Shown in pieces: positions 27,473 through 37,541 of a stretch of 54,592 nt of DNA; positions within the stretch are counted from its first letter, which is position 1; each line of letters starts with the position of its first letter. Source of the DNA: an uncultured Thiobacillus sp. (GTDB lineage Bacteria > Pseudomonadota > Gammaproteobacteria > Burkholderiales > Thiobacillaceae); contig CAZVBY010000001.1 of NCBI GenBank assembly GCA_964625895.1, forward strand, positions 18,558 through 73,149, written 5' to 3'. The position numbers and the translations under genes are program-made. The notes below the pieces were generated by a model, which saw nothing but the letters and a program-made list of their open reading frames with translations, was not told the DNA's origin and did no database searches.

Positions 27473-28606
27473 ATGATGAGGATGAAAGCAATACACGACA
27501 AGCTAACCCTGACATTGTCCATGGTCTTTGCAACGGTCGTGTTGGTATTGAGTATTCCCGCTCACGCTGACCGCATCAAGGATATTGCATCCATTCAGGG
27601 CGTGCGTTCCAACCAGTTGATTGGTTATGGCCTGGTTGTCGGGCTGGACGGCAGCGGCGACCAGACCACGCAAACGCCCTTCACCGTGCAGAGCGTGATG
27701 AGCATGTTGACTGAAATGGGCGTCAATGTGCCGCCCGGCACCACCATGCAGTTGAAGAATGTCGCCGCCGTGATGGTGACGGCCAACTTGCCGGCGTTTA
27801 CCCAGCCCGGGCAGACGATCGATGTCACGGTGTCATCGCTGGGCAATGCCAAGAGCTTGCGCGGCGGCACGCTGCTGATGACGCCGATGAAGGGTGCGGA
27901 TACCCAAATCTATGCGATGGCGCAGGGCAATGTGCTGGTCGGTGGGGCGGGCGCATCCGCCAGCGGCAGCAAGGTGCAGGTCAATCATTTGAGCGTGGGG
28001 CGGATTCCCGCCGGCGCCACGGTCGAGCGGCCCGTCGCGACAGCCCTGGGCGAGGAGGGCGCGATTCAGCTGGAACTGAATCAGACGGATTTCTCCACCG
28101 TCAGCAAGGTGGTCGAGGCGATTAACCGGCAGTTTGGCGCAGGCACGGCGCAGGCGCAGAATGGCCGCGTCATCCGGGTCAAAACGCCCATGGAGAGCAA
28201 TGCGCGCGTCGCCTTCATTGGCGCCATGGAAAGTCTTAATGTCACGCCCGCGCAAAGCGCCGCCAAGGTCATCATCAATGCGCGCACCGGGTCAGTGGTG
28301 ATGAACCAGCCGGTTGTGCTGGAAAGCTGCGCGGTGTCGCACGGCAATCTGTCCGTGGTGATCAGCACCGAGCCCGTCATCAGCCAGCCCGGCGCGTTCT
28401 CCAAGGGGCAGACGGTTGCCACCACGCGCTCGCAGATCGAGATTTCGCAGTCGGCCGGGCAGGTCACGCAACTCAAGGGCGGCGCCCAGCTTGCCGAGGT
28501 GGTCAAGGCGCTCAATTCGATCGGCGCCACCCCGCAGGATCTGTTGGCGATTCTTCAGGCGATGAAGGCAGCTGGCGCTTTGCGCGCGGACCTGGAGATC
28601 ATCTGA
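27473..28606 (+). CDS. flgI: P-ring protein FlgI
   Basis: RIKDI, NQLIGYGLVVGLDGSGD, SLRGGTLLMTP, LQAMKAAGAL. Confidence 0.97.
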   Translation: MMRMKAIHDKLTLTLSMVFATVVLVLSIPAHADRIKDIASIQGVRSNQLIGYGLVVGLDGSGDQTTQTPFTVQSVMSMLTEMGVNVPPGTTMQLKNVAAVMVTANLPAFTQPGQTIDVTVSSLGNAKSLRGGTLLMTPMKGADTQIYAMAQGNVLVGGAGASASGSKVQVNHLSVGRIPAGATVERPVATALGEEGAIQLELNQTDFSTVSKVVEAINRQFGAGTAQAQNGRVIRVKTPMESNARVAFIGAMESLNVTPAQSAAKVIINARTGSVVMNQPVVLESCAVSHGNLSVVISTEPVISQPGAFSKGQTVATTRSQIEISQSAGQVTQLKGGAQLAEVVKALNSIGATPQDLLAILQAMKAAGALRADLEII

Positions 28607-29499
28607 TGATCAACGGCGCGGATCTCTCTTCACGCTTCGCGCTCGATGTGCAATCCGTCGGCAACCTGAAGGCGCAGGCGGCGCAGAATTCTCCCGAGGC
28701 GCTGAAAAAAGTCGCACAGCAGTTCGAAGCGCTGTTGATGAACATGATGCTGAAGAGCATGCGCGAAGCCGTGCCGCAGGATGGCATGTTCGACAGCGAC
28801 CAGACACGGCTTTACACCTCGATGCTCGATCAGCAGTTGTCGCAAACCATGGCCAGCAAGGGCATTGGTCTGGCTGACGCCCTGGTGCGGCAGCTGAGCG
28901 GGCGTCTGGTGAATTCGGCGGAAACCGGCGTTTCCGGGTTGATGCAGGACGCTGGCCTGGCCGCAGTGGAAACCGCCGCCCCGGCATTGGCGTCAGGCGC
29001 CACGCCCGCCAAGGCAGACGCAAAGTCTGTCATGAGCGGCCCGCAGGAATTTATCCAGACGCTGATGCCGCACGCACAGCGCGCGAGCGAGACTAGCGGT
29101 ATTCCGGCCTCGTTCATGATTGCGCAGGCGGCGCTGGAAACCGGCTGGGGCAAGCGCGATATCCGCGGGGCGGACGGTCAGCCCAGCTACAACCTGTTTG
29201 GCATCAAGGCCGGCGCGAACTGGAATGGCAAAACCGTGGACATCACCACCACCGAATACGTGAATGGCCAGCCCGTAAAAATGACGGATCGATTCCGCGC
29301 CTATGATTCCTGGGCAGAATCGTTCGCTGACTACGCGAGACTGCTGCAATCCAATTCCCGTTATCAGCCGGTCATGTCCCAGGCCCAGGACGCCGCCAGT
29401 TTTGCCAATGGCCTGCAACGCGCAGGCTATGCCACCGACCCGGCCTACGCACAGAAACTGCTGGCGCTGATCCGTCAGGTGGGCCAGCAAACGGGATGA
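28606..29499 (+). CDS. flgJ: Rod cap / muramidase FlgJ
   Basis: QFEAL...MLKSMR; AQAALETGWG, NLFGIKA, GYATDP. Confidence 0.96.
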   Translation: MINGADLSSRFALDVQSVGNLKAQAAQNSPEALKKVAQQFEALLMNMMLKSMREAVPQDGMFDSDQTRLYTSMLDQQLSQTMASKGIGLADALVRQLSGRLVNSAETGVSGLMQDAGLAAVETAAPALASGATPAKADAKSVMSGPQEFIQTLMPHAQRASETSGIPASFMIAQAALETGWGKRDIRGADGQPSYNLFGIKAGANWNGKTVDITTTEYVNGQPVKMTDRFRAYDSWAESFADYARLLQSNSRYQPVMSQAQDAASFANGLQRAGYATDPAYAQKLLALIRQVGQQTG

Positions 29500-29500
29500 C

Positions 29501-29527
29501 TGAAACAATGGAAAAAACCGCCGATAA
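29501..29527 (+). promoter_or_regulatory. Sigma-28 promoter for flgKL
   Basis: TGAA-N15-GCCGATAA (perfect -10). Confidence 0.7.
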
Positions 29528-29564
29528 CCAGTTGATACCCGGCACTCCGGGCAGAGGTTGACGC

Positions 29565-31505
29565 ATGTCCAGCATACTCAGCATCGGCATTACCGGCCTG
29601 AAGGCAGCGCAAAATGGCATTGCCACGGCCACCCACAATATCAGCAACGCGGCCACGCCGGGCTACAGCCGCCAGGAAGGCGTGCTGGCCACGCGCATGC
29701 CAACGGCGACTGGCGAGGGATTCCTCGGCCAGGGGGTGCAGGTTACGACCGTGCGGCGCATCTACAATGACTTCCTGGCAAGCCAGGTGCGCGATGCGCA
29801 GGCCGCTGCCAGCCAGCTGGATACACAATACCGCCATATCAAGCGCATCGATAATCTGCTGGCCGATTCCACAGCTGGACTCTCGCCAGCCATGCAGGGT
29901 TTTTTTAACAGCGTGCAGGTTGTTGCGAACAACCCGGCAGACCCGGCATCACGCCAGGTCATGCTGTCGGCGTCGAATGCGCTGGATGGCCGCTTCCAGA
30001 TGCTGAACACCCATCTTGGGGGCATTCGCTCGGATGTCGAGTCCGGCATTCGCGTCAGCGTGGATGCGATCAATACGCAAACGACGCAACTCGCCAGGCT
30101 CAACGAGCAGATTGCCACTGCGGAAAGCATGGCCTACGGCCATCAGGCGAACGATTTGCGCGATCAACGTGACCTGCTGCTGGCCGATCTCAACAAGGAA
30201 CTGAAAACAACTGCCATACGCATGGCCGATGGCACGGTTAACGTTTATGCCGTCAACGGCCAGGCGCTGGTACTGGGTTCGCAGTCCGCCCGCTTGACGG
30301 CGCAGCCGTCGGAGGCCGATCGCACGCAATTGACGATTGCCTATGAAATGGGGGGCATTGCCCAGCCTTTGCGGGAGGCGGATATTACGGGGGGAAGGTT
30401 GGGCGGGTTGGTCGCATTCCGCGCCGGCGCCCTTGATACCGCGCAGAACGCGCTAGGCCGCATGGCGGCCGGTTTGGCGCTGAGCTTCAACGCCCAGCAT
30501 CGTCTGGGCCAGAATCTGGCCGGCCAGATGGGGGGCGATTATTTTTCGCTGCCGCCCGCTTATGCCGCCAGTCATGCCGCCAATACCGGCAACGCGCAAA
30601 TCGCTGCTTCTTTCACCGATGCAGCAGCACTCGTTGCCAGTGATTACCAGATCGACTACGACGGGTCGAACTATACCGTCACGCGCCTCTCCGACGGCGC
30701 GGTGCAAACGGCCGCTTCGCTGCCGGCCACGGTCGACGGGCTGCAACTGGCGTTGCAATCGGGCAGCCTTGCCGCAGGCGATCGATTTTTGTTGCGGCCG
30801 TACCGCGAGGCAGCTTCGAGCCTGGGACTGGCTATCCGTGATCCGGCCAGCATTGCGGCCGCCGCACCCGTTCGAGGCGGCGCGGCCGCGGGCAACCACG
30901 GCAGCGGCGTCATCAGTACAGGTTCAGTTGATGCAAGCTATCCGGCCACGCCCTTGTTTGCGCCGCTGATGATCAGCTTCGACAGCCTTGCCGGCACGCT
31001 TTCCGGTTTTCCGGCCGCCAGCAGTGTCGTCGTGGAGAGCAATGGCGCACAAACCACTTACGCGCCCGGTGCGCCCGTACCCTATACGCCCGGCGCGACC
31101 TTGCGCTTTAACGGCATGGCTTTCAGCCTGAGCGGCAATCCTGCCAATGGTGACCAGTTCATCATCCAGCCCAATGTTGGTGGCACAGGAGATAATCGCA
31201 ACGCGCTGCTGCTGGCTGGGTTGCAGACACGCGCGGTGCTGGCCGGCGGCACGACCGGACTGACCGACGCCTATGGGCAACTGCTCAGCGACATTGGCAG
31301 CCGCACGCGTGAGCTGGAAGTGGCCAGCGGTATGCAGGGCAAACTGCTGGAAGAGGCCAACCAATCGCAGCAAAGTTTTTCCGGCGTCAATCTGGACGAA
31401 GAGGCGGCGCGTCTGATGCGTTATCAACAGGCTTATCAGGCTTCGGCAAAGGTCATGCAAATGGCGTCCGAGATGTTCGAAACCCTGTTGTCGATCAGGA
31501 GATGA
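29565..31505 (+). CDS. flgK: Hook-associated protein FlgK
   Basis: HNISNAATPGYSRQ, LRDQRD, SGVNLDEEA...QQAYQASAK. Confidence 0.97.
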   Translation: MSSILSIGITGLKAAQNGIATATHNISNAATPGYSRQEGVLATRMPTATGEGFLGQGVQVTTVRRIYNDFLASQVRDAQAAASQLDTQYRHIKRIDNLLADSTAGLSPAMQGFFNSVQVVANNPADPASRQVMLSASNALDGRFQMLNTHLGGIRSDVESGIRVSVDAINTQTTQLARLNEQIATAESMAYGHQANDLRDQRDLLLADLNKELKTTAIRMADGTVNVYAVNGQALVLGSQSARLTAQPSEADRTQLTIAYEMGGIAQPLREADITGGRLGGLVAFRAGALDTAQNALGRMAAGLALSFNAQHRLGQNLAGQMGGDYFSLPPAYAASHAANTGNAQIAASFTDAAALVASDYQIDYDGSNYTVTRLSDGAVQTAASLPATVDGLQLALQSGSLAAGDRFLLRPYREAASSLGLAIRDPASIAAAAPVRGGAAAGNHGSGVISTGSVDASYPATPLFAPLMISFDSLAGTLSGFPAASSVVVESNGAQTTYAPGAPVPYTPGATLRFNGMAFSLSGNPANGDQFIIQPNVGGTGDNRNALLLAGLQTRAVLAGGTTGLTDAYGQLLSDIGSRTRELEVASGMQGKLLEEANQSQQSFSGVNLDEEAARLMRYQQAYQASAKVMQMASEMFETLLSIRR

Positions 31506-31507
31506 TG

Positions 31508-32716
31508 ATGCGTATCAGCACCGGCATGATGTATGAAATGGGCCTGGCACGGCTGACCGAGAACCAGGGCGCGCTGAACAAAACCCAGCAACAGGTCGCC
31601 ACCGGTCGCAGAATGTTGACGCCTGCCGACGATCCGGCTGCGTCTGCGTCGGCCTTGCGGATCAGCCAGGCGGACGCGGCCAACACGCAACATGCGGCGA
31701 ATCGCGGCATGGCAAAAAGCCTGCTGGGAATGGAAGATGGCGTGCTTGGCAGCGTTTCCGATCTGCTGCAAAACGTAAAAGCGGCGATTGTCGGTGCGGG
31801 CAATGGTGCATTCGGCAATGCCGAGCGGCGTTTCATTGCCAGCGAACTGCGTGGCCAACTGGGGCAATTGATTGGTCTGGCCAACAGCACGGACGGCAAT
31901 GGCAATTACCTGTTCGCCGGTTTCCAGAGTCGTGCGCTGCCCTTCGTGCAGCAAGGTCTGACGGCAGGTTATGCAGGTGACAGCGGGGTGCGCGCCCTGC
32001 AGGTATCGGCGGAACGCCAGATACCGGCGGGTGATTCCGGCCAGGCGGTATTCATGTCCATTCCACGGGGCAATGGCCATTTTCTTGCCTCGGCAAATCC
32101 CGCCAATGCCGGCAGCGGCGTGATTGGCGCCGGCAGCGTGACAAATCCCGCCCTGTTGACGGGGCAGCAATACGAGATCGGCTTCAGCATTGCGGGTGGC
32201 GTGACAACGTACAGCGTGACCAATGTCACGACCGGTGTCGTGCTGTCGTCCGGCAATGCCTATGCGCCTGGCTCGGCCATTCAGGTCGATGGCATGCAGG
32301 CCGAGATCAGCGGCAATCCCGCCAGCGGTGATCGTTTCCGTCTTGCGCCCAGCGGGAGTGAAAGCGTATTTGATGTGCTGGGCGGATTGATCGCCGCGCT
32401 GGAAACGCCGGCGGATACCGCGTCGGCCAGGGCGGTGTTGACGAACGCACTGACCGTTGCCCACAGCGGCATCAACAATGCGCTCGAACGCGTGCTGGAA
32501 ACCCGCGCTTCGGTCGGGGCGCGCATGAATGAACTGAATGTGCTGGAAGACGGTGGAAGCTATCTGCACCTGCAATACCAGACGCGCCTTTCCGAATTGC
32601 AGGATCTGGACTACAACACGGCACTATCCAGGCTTGCCATGCAGCAGCTTTCGCTGGAAGCGGCGCAGAAGTCCTTTGTGCAGGTGTCAGGATTGTCGTT
32701 GTTCAAATATCTATAA
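31508..32716 (+). CDS. flgL: Hook-associated protein FlgL
   Basis: MRIST, PADDP, NGNYLFAG, LSLFKYL. Start is one of 31502, 31505 or 31508. Confidence 0.96.
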   Translation: MRISTGMMYEMGLARLTENQGALNKTQQQVATGRRMLTPADDPAASASALRISQADAANTQHAANRGMAKSLLGMEDGVLGSVSDLLQNVKAAIVGAGNGAFGNAERRFIASELRGQLGQLIGLANSTDGNGNYLFAGFQSRALPFVQQGLTAGYAGDSGVRALQVSAERQIPAGDSGQAVFMSIPRGNGHFLASANPANAGSGVIGAGSVTNPALLTGQQYEIGFSIAGGVTTYSVTNVTTGVVLSSGNAYAPGSAIQVDGMQAEISGNPASGDRFRLAPSGSESVFDVLGGLIAALETPADTASARAVLTNALTVAHSGINNALERVLETRASVGARMNELNVLEDGGSYLHLQYQTRLSELQDLDYNTALSRLAMQQLSLEAAQKSFVQVSGLSLFKYL

Positions 32717-32837
32717 GTGCCCGATCAGGCGGCTGCGCTGACGGCGCGTTGCCGGTTTTGTGACCTGCGGGCATGCGTTTTCGTGTCGCCCCCTGTTAGA
32801 AGCGCCTCGATGCCATGATGCCTATCTCGCCAATGAG

Positions 32838-33626
32838 CTATTGCGTGACGAAGTCTCCCACGACCTGTCGCAGGGAAGCCAGCACGGATTCAAACAGCGT
32901 CGTGGTTTGCCCGGCCAGATAAGGCAACGATAGATTGAAAGCGATGAGCCCGATGCCCAGCGTGACGGGAAAGCCAATGGCGAAGATGTTGAGCTGTGGC
33001 GCGGAGCGGGTGAGGATGGCGAGCGCAAGGTTGGTCATGAGCAGGATGGCAATCAGCGGCAAGGCCAGTTGCACGCCATAACTGAAAATCATCCCGCCTG
33101 CCTGGGCCACCGCGAGCATGCCGGCGCCAGGCAATGGCGTCGCGGAAATTGGCAGCACGCTGAAGCTTTCCGCCAGCAGACCGATCATCAATAAATGACC
33201 GTTGATGGCAAGGAATGCCAGAACGGCCAGCAGGCCCAGAAAGCGCGATAGTGCGTTGGCGTTGCCGGCCGTTTGCGGATCGAAGAACGTGGCGAACCCC
33301 AGGCCCATTTGCAGGCTGATGACCTCGCCCGCCATTTCGATGGCGGAAAAGGCCAGGCGCATGACCAATCCCATGGCGACGCCGATCAGCACCTGCATGG
33401 TCAGGATCAACATGCCGCCCGCGCTGGCCAGCGGGATTTGCGGTGGCGGGGGCAGGGTGGGAGAGAGGATGAGGGCGATAAACACGCCCAGCCCGATCTT
33501 GATGCGCGCCGGAACGCTGGCGTGACTGAGCACCGGCGCGGCCATGACCAGACCAAGAATGCGCGCCAGCGGCCACAGCAGGCTGGTCAACCAGAGATTG
33601 ATCTGCGCGTCGGTGACGCTGATCAT
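32838..33626 (-). CDS. fliR: Export gate FliR
   Basis: AGEVISLQMGLGFA..FDP, PQLNIFAIGFP. Confidence 0.97.
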   Translation of the reverse strand: MISVTDAQINLWLTSLLWPLARILGLVMAAPVLSHASVPARIKIGLGVFIALILSPTLPPPPQIPLASAGGMLILTMQVLIGVAMGLVMRLAFSAIEMAGEVISLQMGLGFATFFDPQTAGNANALSRFLGLLAVLAFLAINGHLLMIGLLAESFSVLPISATPLPGAGMLAVAQAGGMIFSYGVQLALPLIAILLMTNLALAILTRSAPQLNIFAIGFPVTLGIGLIAFNLSLPYLAGQTTTLFESVLASLRQVVGDFVTQ

Positions 33627-33633
33627 TGCCGCG

Positions 33634-33785
33634 GAATCCCCCGGCTCGCGATGCTCGCCACCCCCTTTGTCAAGGGGGTAGAAAAGCCCCTCTTGTTAGA
33701 GGGGGGTGGGGGTTCCGGAATCTGGGCGTTGCCAACAGCGGGGGTAGAAAAGCCCCCTTTGATAAAGGGGGGTGGGGGGGATTTC
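33634..33785. repeat. Cluster of GC-rich palindromic REP/SDR-like repeats between fliQ and fliR
   Basis: Three CCCC(C/T)(T/C)T-N4/5-A(A/G)(G/A)GGGG hairpin units; GGGGGTAGAAAAGCCCC occurs twice; homologous to 40678-40808. Confidence 0.85.
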
Positions 33786-33802
33786 AGGCAGGACATTGTT
33801 TT

Positions 33803-34075
33803 CTAGCCAATCAACCCAGGCAAATCCGTAAGTAGTCGCCGCATGTAGTCGGTGATGAGTGTCAGAATCCACGGCCCGGTGATGATGAGCGCGATGATGA
33901 CGGCGACGAGCTTGGGCACAAAGGACAGGCTGGCGTCATTGATCTGGGTGGCGGCCTGGAAAATGCTGATCAGCAGGCCGACTGCCAGCGTGACAAGCAG
34001 GAGCGGCGCGGAAATCATCAACATCACTTCCATGCCATGGCGCCCGAGGGTCATGACGCTTTCTGGGGTCATCAT
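33803..34075 (-). CDS. fliQ: Export gate FliQ
   Basis: FQAATQIND.SLSFVPK, GPW. Confidence 0.97.
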   Translation of the reverse strand: MMTPESVMTLGRHGMEVMLMISAPLLLVTLAVGLLISIFQAATQINDASLSFVPKLVAVIIALIITGPWILTLITDYMRRLLTDLPGLIG

Positions 34076-34082
34076 CTTGTCC

Positions 34083-34829
34083 TTATAAAAAACTTTGCGC
34101 CAGCGAGCCGATCAAGAGACCCCAGCCGTCGACCAGAACGAACAGGATAATCTTGAAGGGCAGCGAGATCATGACCGGCGATACCATCATCATGCCCATC
34201 GACATCAACACGCTGGCGACCACCAGATCGATGATGAGGAATGGAATGAAGACCGCAAAGCCGATCTGGAATGCTGTTTTCAACTCGCTGGTGATATAGG
34301 CCGGAATCAACATGCGCATGGGGACGTCTTCCGGGCCCTGCATTTGCGGGGCGCGTGACAGCCTCGCAAAGAGCGCCAGATCGGTTTCCCGTGTCTGCCG
34401 CAACATGAAAGCCTTGAGCGGCGCCGCGCCCTTTTCCATCGCCTCGTTGAATCCAAGACGGTTTTCTGAATAGGGCTGATAGGCCTCGGTATAAATCTTG
34501 TCGAGCGTCGGACCCATGATGAAAAAGGTCAGAAACAGAGAGAGCCCCACCAGCACCTGGGTCGGCGGTGACGTCTGCGTGCCGAGGGCGTGCCGCAACA
34601 GCGACAGTACGATGATGATGCGGGTGAAACAGGTCATCATCAGCAGCATGGCGGGCAGAAAGCTCAGTGAAGTCAGCAGCAGCAAGGTTTGCAGACTGAG
34701 CGAATAACTCTGTCCGCCACCCGGCGCGGGCGTGCTGGTCCAGGCCGGCAGCCCTTCCGGTGCGGCACAGGCCAGTACCGGCATCAGCCCGCAGATTGCA
34801 GCGAGAACGCGCTTTTTACTTGCGTGCAT
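34083..34829 (-). CDS. fliP: Export gate FliP
   Basis: [34 protein letters not shown]. Confidence 0.98.
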   Translation of the reverse strand: MHASKKRVLAAICGLMPVLACAAPEGLPAWTSTPAPGGGQSYSLSLQTLLLLTSLSFLPAMLLMMTCFTRIIIVLSLLRHALGTQTSPPTQVLVGLSLFLTFFIMGPTLDKIYTEAYQPYSENRLGFNEAMEKGAAPLKAFMLRQTRETDLALFARLSRAPQMQGPEDVPMRMLIPAYITSELKTAFQIGFAVFIPFLIIDLVVASVLMSMGMMMVSPVMISLPFKIILFVLVDGWGLLIGSLAQSFL

Positions 34830-35241
34830 GAGCGGCGGCTTCCAGCAGGGTTTTCAGACGGCCGGCGAAACCTTCCGGCATGTTGACGCCTGCCTGTGTC
34901 GAGACATTTCCCTTGGGCAGTGTGGCCAGCGGCGTGACGCCCGCACTGGATACGCCCACCACGATCCAGGTTTCCTGCACTTCGATGATGGCCACGCGCT
35001 CGCGCGCGCCCAGCGATGCCGCACCGACAATCCGGATCAATGCGCTGCCGTTCAGTCTGGTCATGCCCATCCTGCGCGCCATCCATGCCAGCCCGGCGAT
35101 CATGGCAATGACGGCGGCCAGTCCAAATGCCACGCTGAACAACCCGCCTGCCGATGAAACCGCGGCGGGCGCGGGTTCGGCCGCCAGCGAAGCCTGGGTC
35201 GACAGCCAGACAGCCAGCGCGGCGTATGCGCGGCACCTCAT
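34816..35241 (-). CDS. fliO: FliO
   Basis: TM helix and [12 protein letters not shown]; lies between fliN and fliP. Confidence 0.92.
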   Translation of the reverse strand: MRCRAYAALAVWLSTQASLAAEPAPAAVSSAGGLFSVAFGLAAVIAMIAGLAWMARRMGMTRLNGSALIRIVGAASLGARERVAIIEVQETWIVVGVSSAGVTPLATLPKGNVSTQAGVNMPEGFAGRLKTLLEAAAHARK

Positions 35242-35654
35242 TTGTTCAGCTTCCGGATGCGTTCAGCCGGCGTGATGACGTCAGTCAGGCGAATGCCCAG
35301 CCGTTCGTCGACCATCACCGCCTCGCCCTGCGCGACCAGGGTGCCGTTGACCAGAATGTCCAGCGGCTCGCCAGCCATGCCGTTCAATTCAACAACCGAA
35401 CCTTGCGATAGTTGCAGCAGATTCTTGATGGAAATCTTGGTGCGGCCAAGCTCCACCGTGAGCTGCACGGGAATGTCGAGAATCATGTCGATATCGCTCG
35501 TCCCGCTGCCGTTACCCTGTCCGGAAAGCGGCTGGAATAGCGGTTTGGACAACGTCCCTTCATGCGTCACGATTTCCTGTTCGTCGCCGTCGTAAGACGG
35601 CTGCGGGGCGTTGTGCGTTTCTTCGGCGACAAGTGTGTCAGTCGATGCTTCCAT
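35238..35654 (-). CDS. fliN: Motor switch FliN
   Basis: ILDIPVQLTVELGRT, GEPLDILVNG. Confidence 0.97.
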   Translation of the reverse strand: MEASTDTLVAEETHNAPQPSYDGDEQEIVTHEGTLSKPLFQPLSGQGNGSGTSDIDMILDIPVQLTVELGRTKISIKNLLQLSQGSVVELNGMAGEPLDILVNGTLVAQGEAVMVDERLGIRLTDVITPAERIRKLNK

Positions 35655-36642
35655 GAGCGGGCTCCTGTTGGTTTTGCGGGAGAATTCTTTCCACGCGCAG
35701 TGAATACTGGCCGTTGGAAATGCCGAAGCTGCATTCCATTAGCGGAAATCCATCGACCTGCGCCGCGACCTTGTCCGGCACGCTGACGGGAATGAAATCG
35801 CCTGCCTGCATAGCCATGATCTGGCGCAAGGGAATGACCGCGGTGCCAAGGTTGGCGCAGATTTCGATTTCCGCGCTTTGCACCCGGGCGGACAGCAGGC
35901 GCAGCCAGTTGCGATCCGCGCTGGCTTCTTCCTCCCTGGTCGCGCGGGACAGCAGATGACGGATCGGTTCGATCGCACGGTAGGGCAAGCAAAGCAGGAT
36001 TTCCCCGCCCGACTGGCCGATTTTCAGATTAAGCGCCGTAACGGCCACGGGTTCGTCGGCCTCCGCGATATTGGCGAATTGCTTGTGCGTTTCCGACGAC
36101 AAATAGGCGAACTCGGCGGGATGCACGGCGGACCAGGTTTTGCGATAGCAGTCCAGCGTCAGCAAATGGACCTTTTCCACCATGCGCAGTTCGATAGGGC
36201 TGAATTCACGGCCCGCATGGTCTTGCGGCTGGCGGCCGCCGCCGCCGAACAGCGAATCAATGATGACGGATGCCGTGTCATGATCCATGAATAGCGCGCC
36301 TGTGCCATGCAGCGGCGCCAGGCTGAAGAGGCCCGCGCCGGTGACAGCAGGCAGGCCGTGGGCCAGGTCGCCAAATTTCAGAATGCGTAACGGTGACAGC
36401 GTCAGTTCGCAAGGCATTCGCGTGAAATCCGTCAGCACGATGCGGAGCGCGCGCGAGAATTTCTCGTTGATGCTTTCCAGCACCGGCAAGCGGATACCGG
36501 ACAGATGCTCGCGGCTGGCGGGGTCGTAGGGCTGCACGTTTTGTGCTGCGTCTTGCGCCACATTGGCGCTTGTCTCGCCGCCGATTCCATTCAGCAGCGC
36601 ATCGACTTCATCCTGCGAGAGAAACTCGTTTTCCTGTTCCAT
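35638..36642 (-). CDS. fliM: Motor switch FliM
   Basis: LSQDEVDALL, LFGGGG, REFSPIE, C-terminal SpoA domain. Confidence 0.95.
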   Translation of the reverse strand: MEQENEFLSQDEVDALLNGIGGETSANVAQDAAQNVQPYDPASREHLSGIRLPVLESINEKFSRALRIVLTDFTRMPCELTLSPLRILKFGDLAHGLPAVTGAGLFSLAPLHGTGALFMDHDTASVIIDSLFGGGGRQPQDHAGREFSPIELRMVEKVHLLTLDCYRKTWSAVHPAEFAYLSSETHKQFANIAEADEPVAVTALNLKIGQSGGEILLCLPYRAIEPIRHLLSRATREEEASADRNWLRLLSARVQSAEIEICANLGTAVIPLRQIMAMQAGDFIPVSVPDKVAAQVDGFPLMECSFGISNGQYSLRVERILPQNQQEPAHGSID

Positions 36643-36663
36643 GGAAACCGGCGTTTTGTCGCG

Positions 36664-37173
36664 TTACTGGATGATGAAATCGGTGAAATGCACGCTCTTC
36701 ACCTTGAGCGGCGCCGCACCTTCGGCAAAGGGCTGCTTGAGTTGGGCGATGATTTCCTCGATCAGCTTGTTCTTGCCCGCAAGGTCGGAGATTTCCGAAG
36801 CCTTCTTGCTGGACAGCAGCATCAGCAGCCGGCTGCGAATCTGCGGCATGTACAGCTTCATCTGGTCGATGGCCGCCTGATCCTTGACCTGTATGACCAG
36901 GCCCACTTGCAGGTATTGCTCCTCGCCTTCGGGTTGCAGGTTGACGGTAAAGGTTTCGGGGGGCAGGAAGACCGGCGGCCCGGCTGGTTCGGCCTCGGCA
37001 TCGACTTTTTCCGCCTTGTGGCCGCTGTCTTTCTGCGACAGGAAAAACCACGCGCCGCCTCCCCCGACCGCTGCTGCCAGAACGCCAACCAGGGCGATGA
37101 TGATGATTTTCTTGCTGGATTTTGGCGCGTCCCCTGCGCCAGCCGGCGCGGTTGCTGCTGCTGCCTTAGCCAT
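36664..37173 (-). CDS. fliL: FliL
   Basis: Single TM helix, FTVNL, YLQV, FTDFIIQ. Confidence 0.96.
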   Translation of the reverse strand: MAKAAAATAPAGAGDAPKSSKKIIIIALVGVLAAAVGGGGAWFFLSQKDSGHKAEKVDAEAEPAGPPVFLPPETFTVNLQPEGEEQYLQVGLVIQVKDQAAIDQMKLYMPQIRSRLLMLLSSKKASEISDLAGKNKLIEEIIAQLKQPFAEGAAPLKVKSVHFTDFIIQ

Positions 37174-37206
37174 GTTTACTCCTTGCCTGTTGGTGAATTG
37201 CGTACT

Positions 37207-37270
37207 GAATTATCGGCAAGCGCGAGAATCGGGAATCGCTGGATTAAAGCGGGGTTTACCCCTTACTTCC
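37207..37270 (-). promoter_or_regulatory. FlhDC-type promoter of the fliL-R operon
   Basis: GGATTAA-N15-TTACTTCC (37241-37270) with a -10 GATAAT at 37209-37214 embedded in GCCGATAA. Confidence 0.65.
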
Positions 37271-37272
37271 GG

Positions 37273-37421
37273 TTAACAGGGTGTTGAAAAACGTAGCGAG
37301 AGGGCGTCACGCAAGGAAAAAACAGGCGAAAAATCGGAGTGTATACGTGATACATGAGCATTTTCAGCCGGTTTCTGACGCAGCATCACGCCCTTGCAGT
37401 CGTTTTTCAACACCCTGTTAA
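37273..37421. mobile_element. 149-bp MITE-like element
   Basis: Perfect 21-bp terminal inverted repeats TTAACAGGGTGTTGAAAAACG / CGTTTTTCAACACCCTGTTAA, an internal foldback, and no transposase. Confidence 0.85.
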
Positions 37422-37541
37422 AGCCGAGTGAATTCCGGCGTGCCGGGTCGAATCGCAAATCACGCGGCGTGCACGAATGGTTATCCGTGCACACCGTGTG
37501 ATTTTTGGAGACTTGCTTTCAGGTTGATAGACAGCCGTGCA

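Noticed and set aside
33626..33835. 69-aa plus-strand ORF
   Set aside because: It is a translation of the palindromic repeats, antisense to the fliQR operon.
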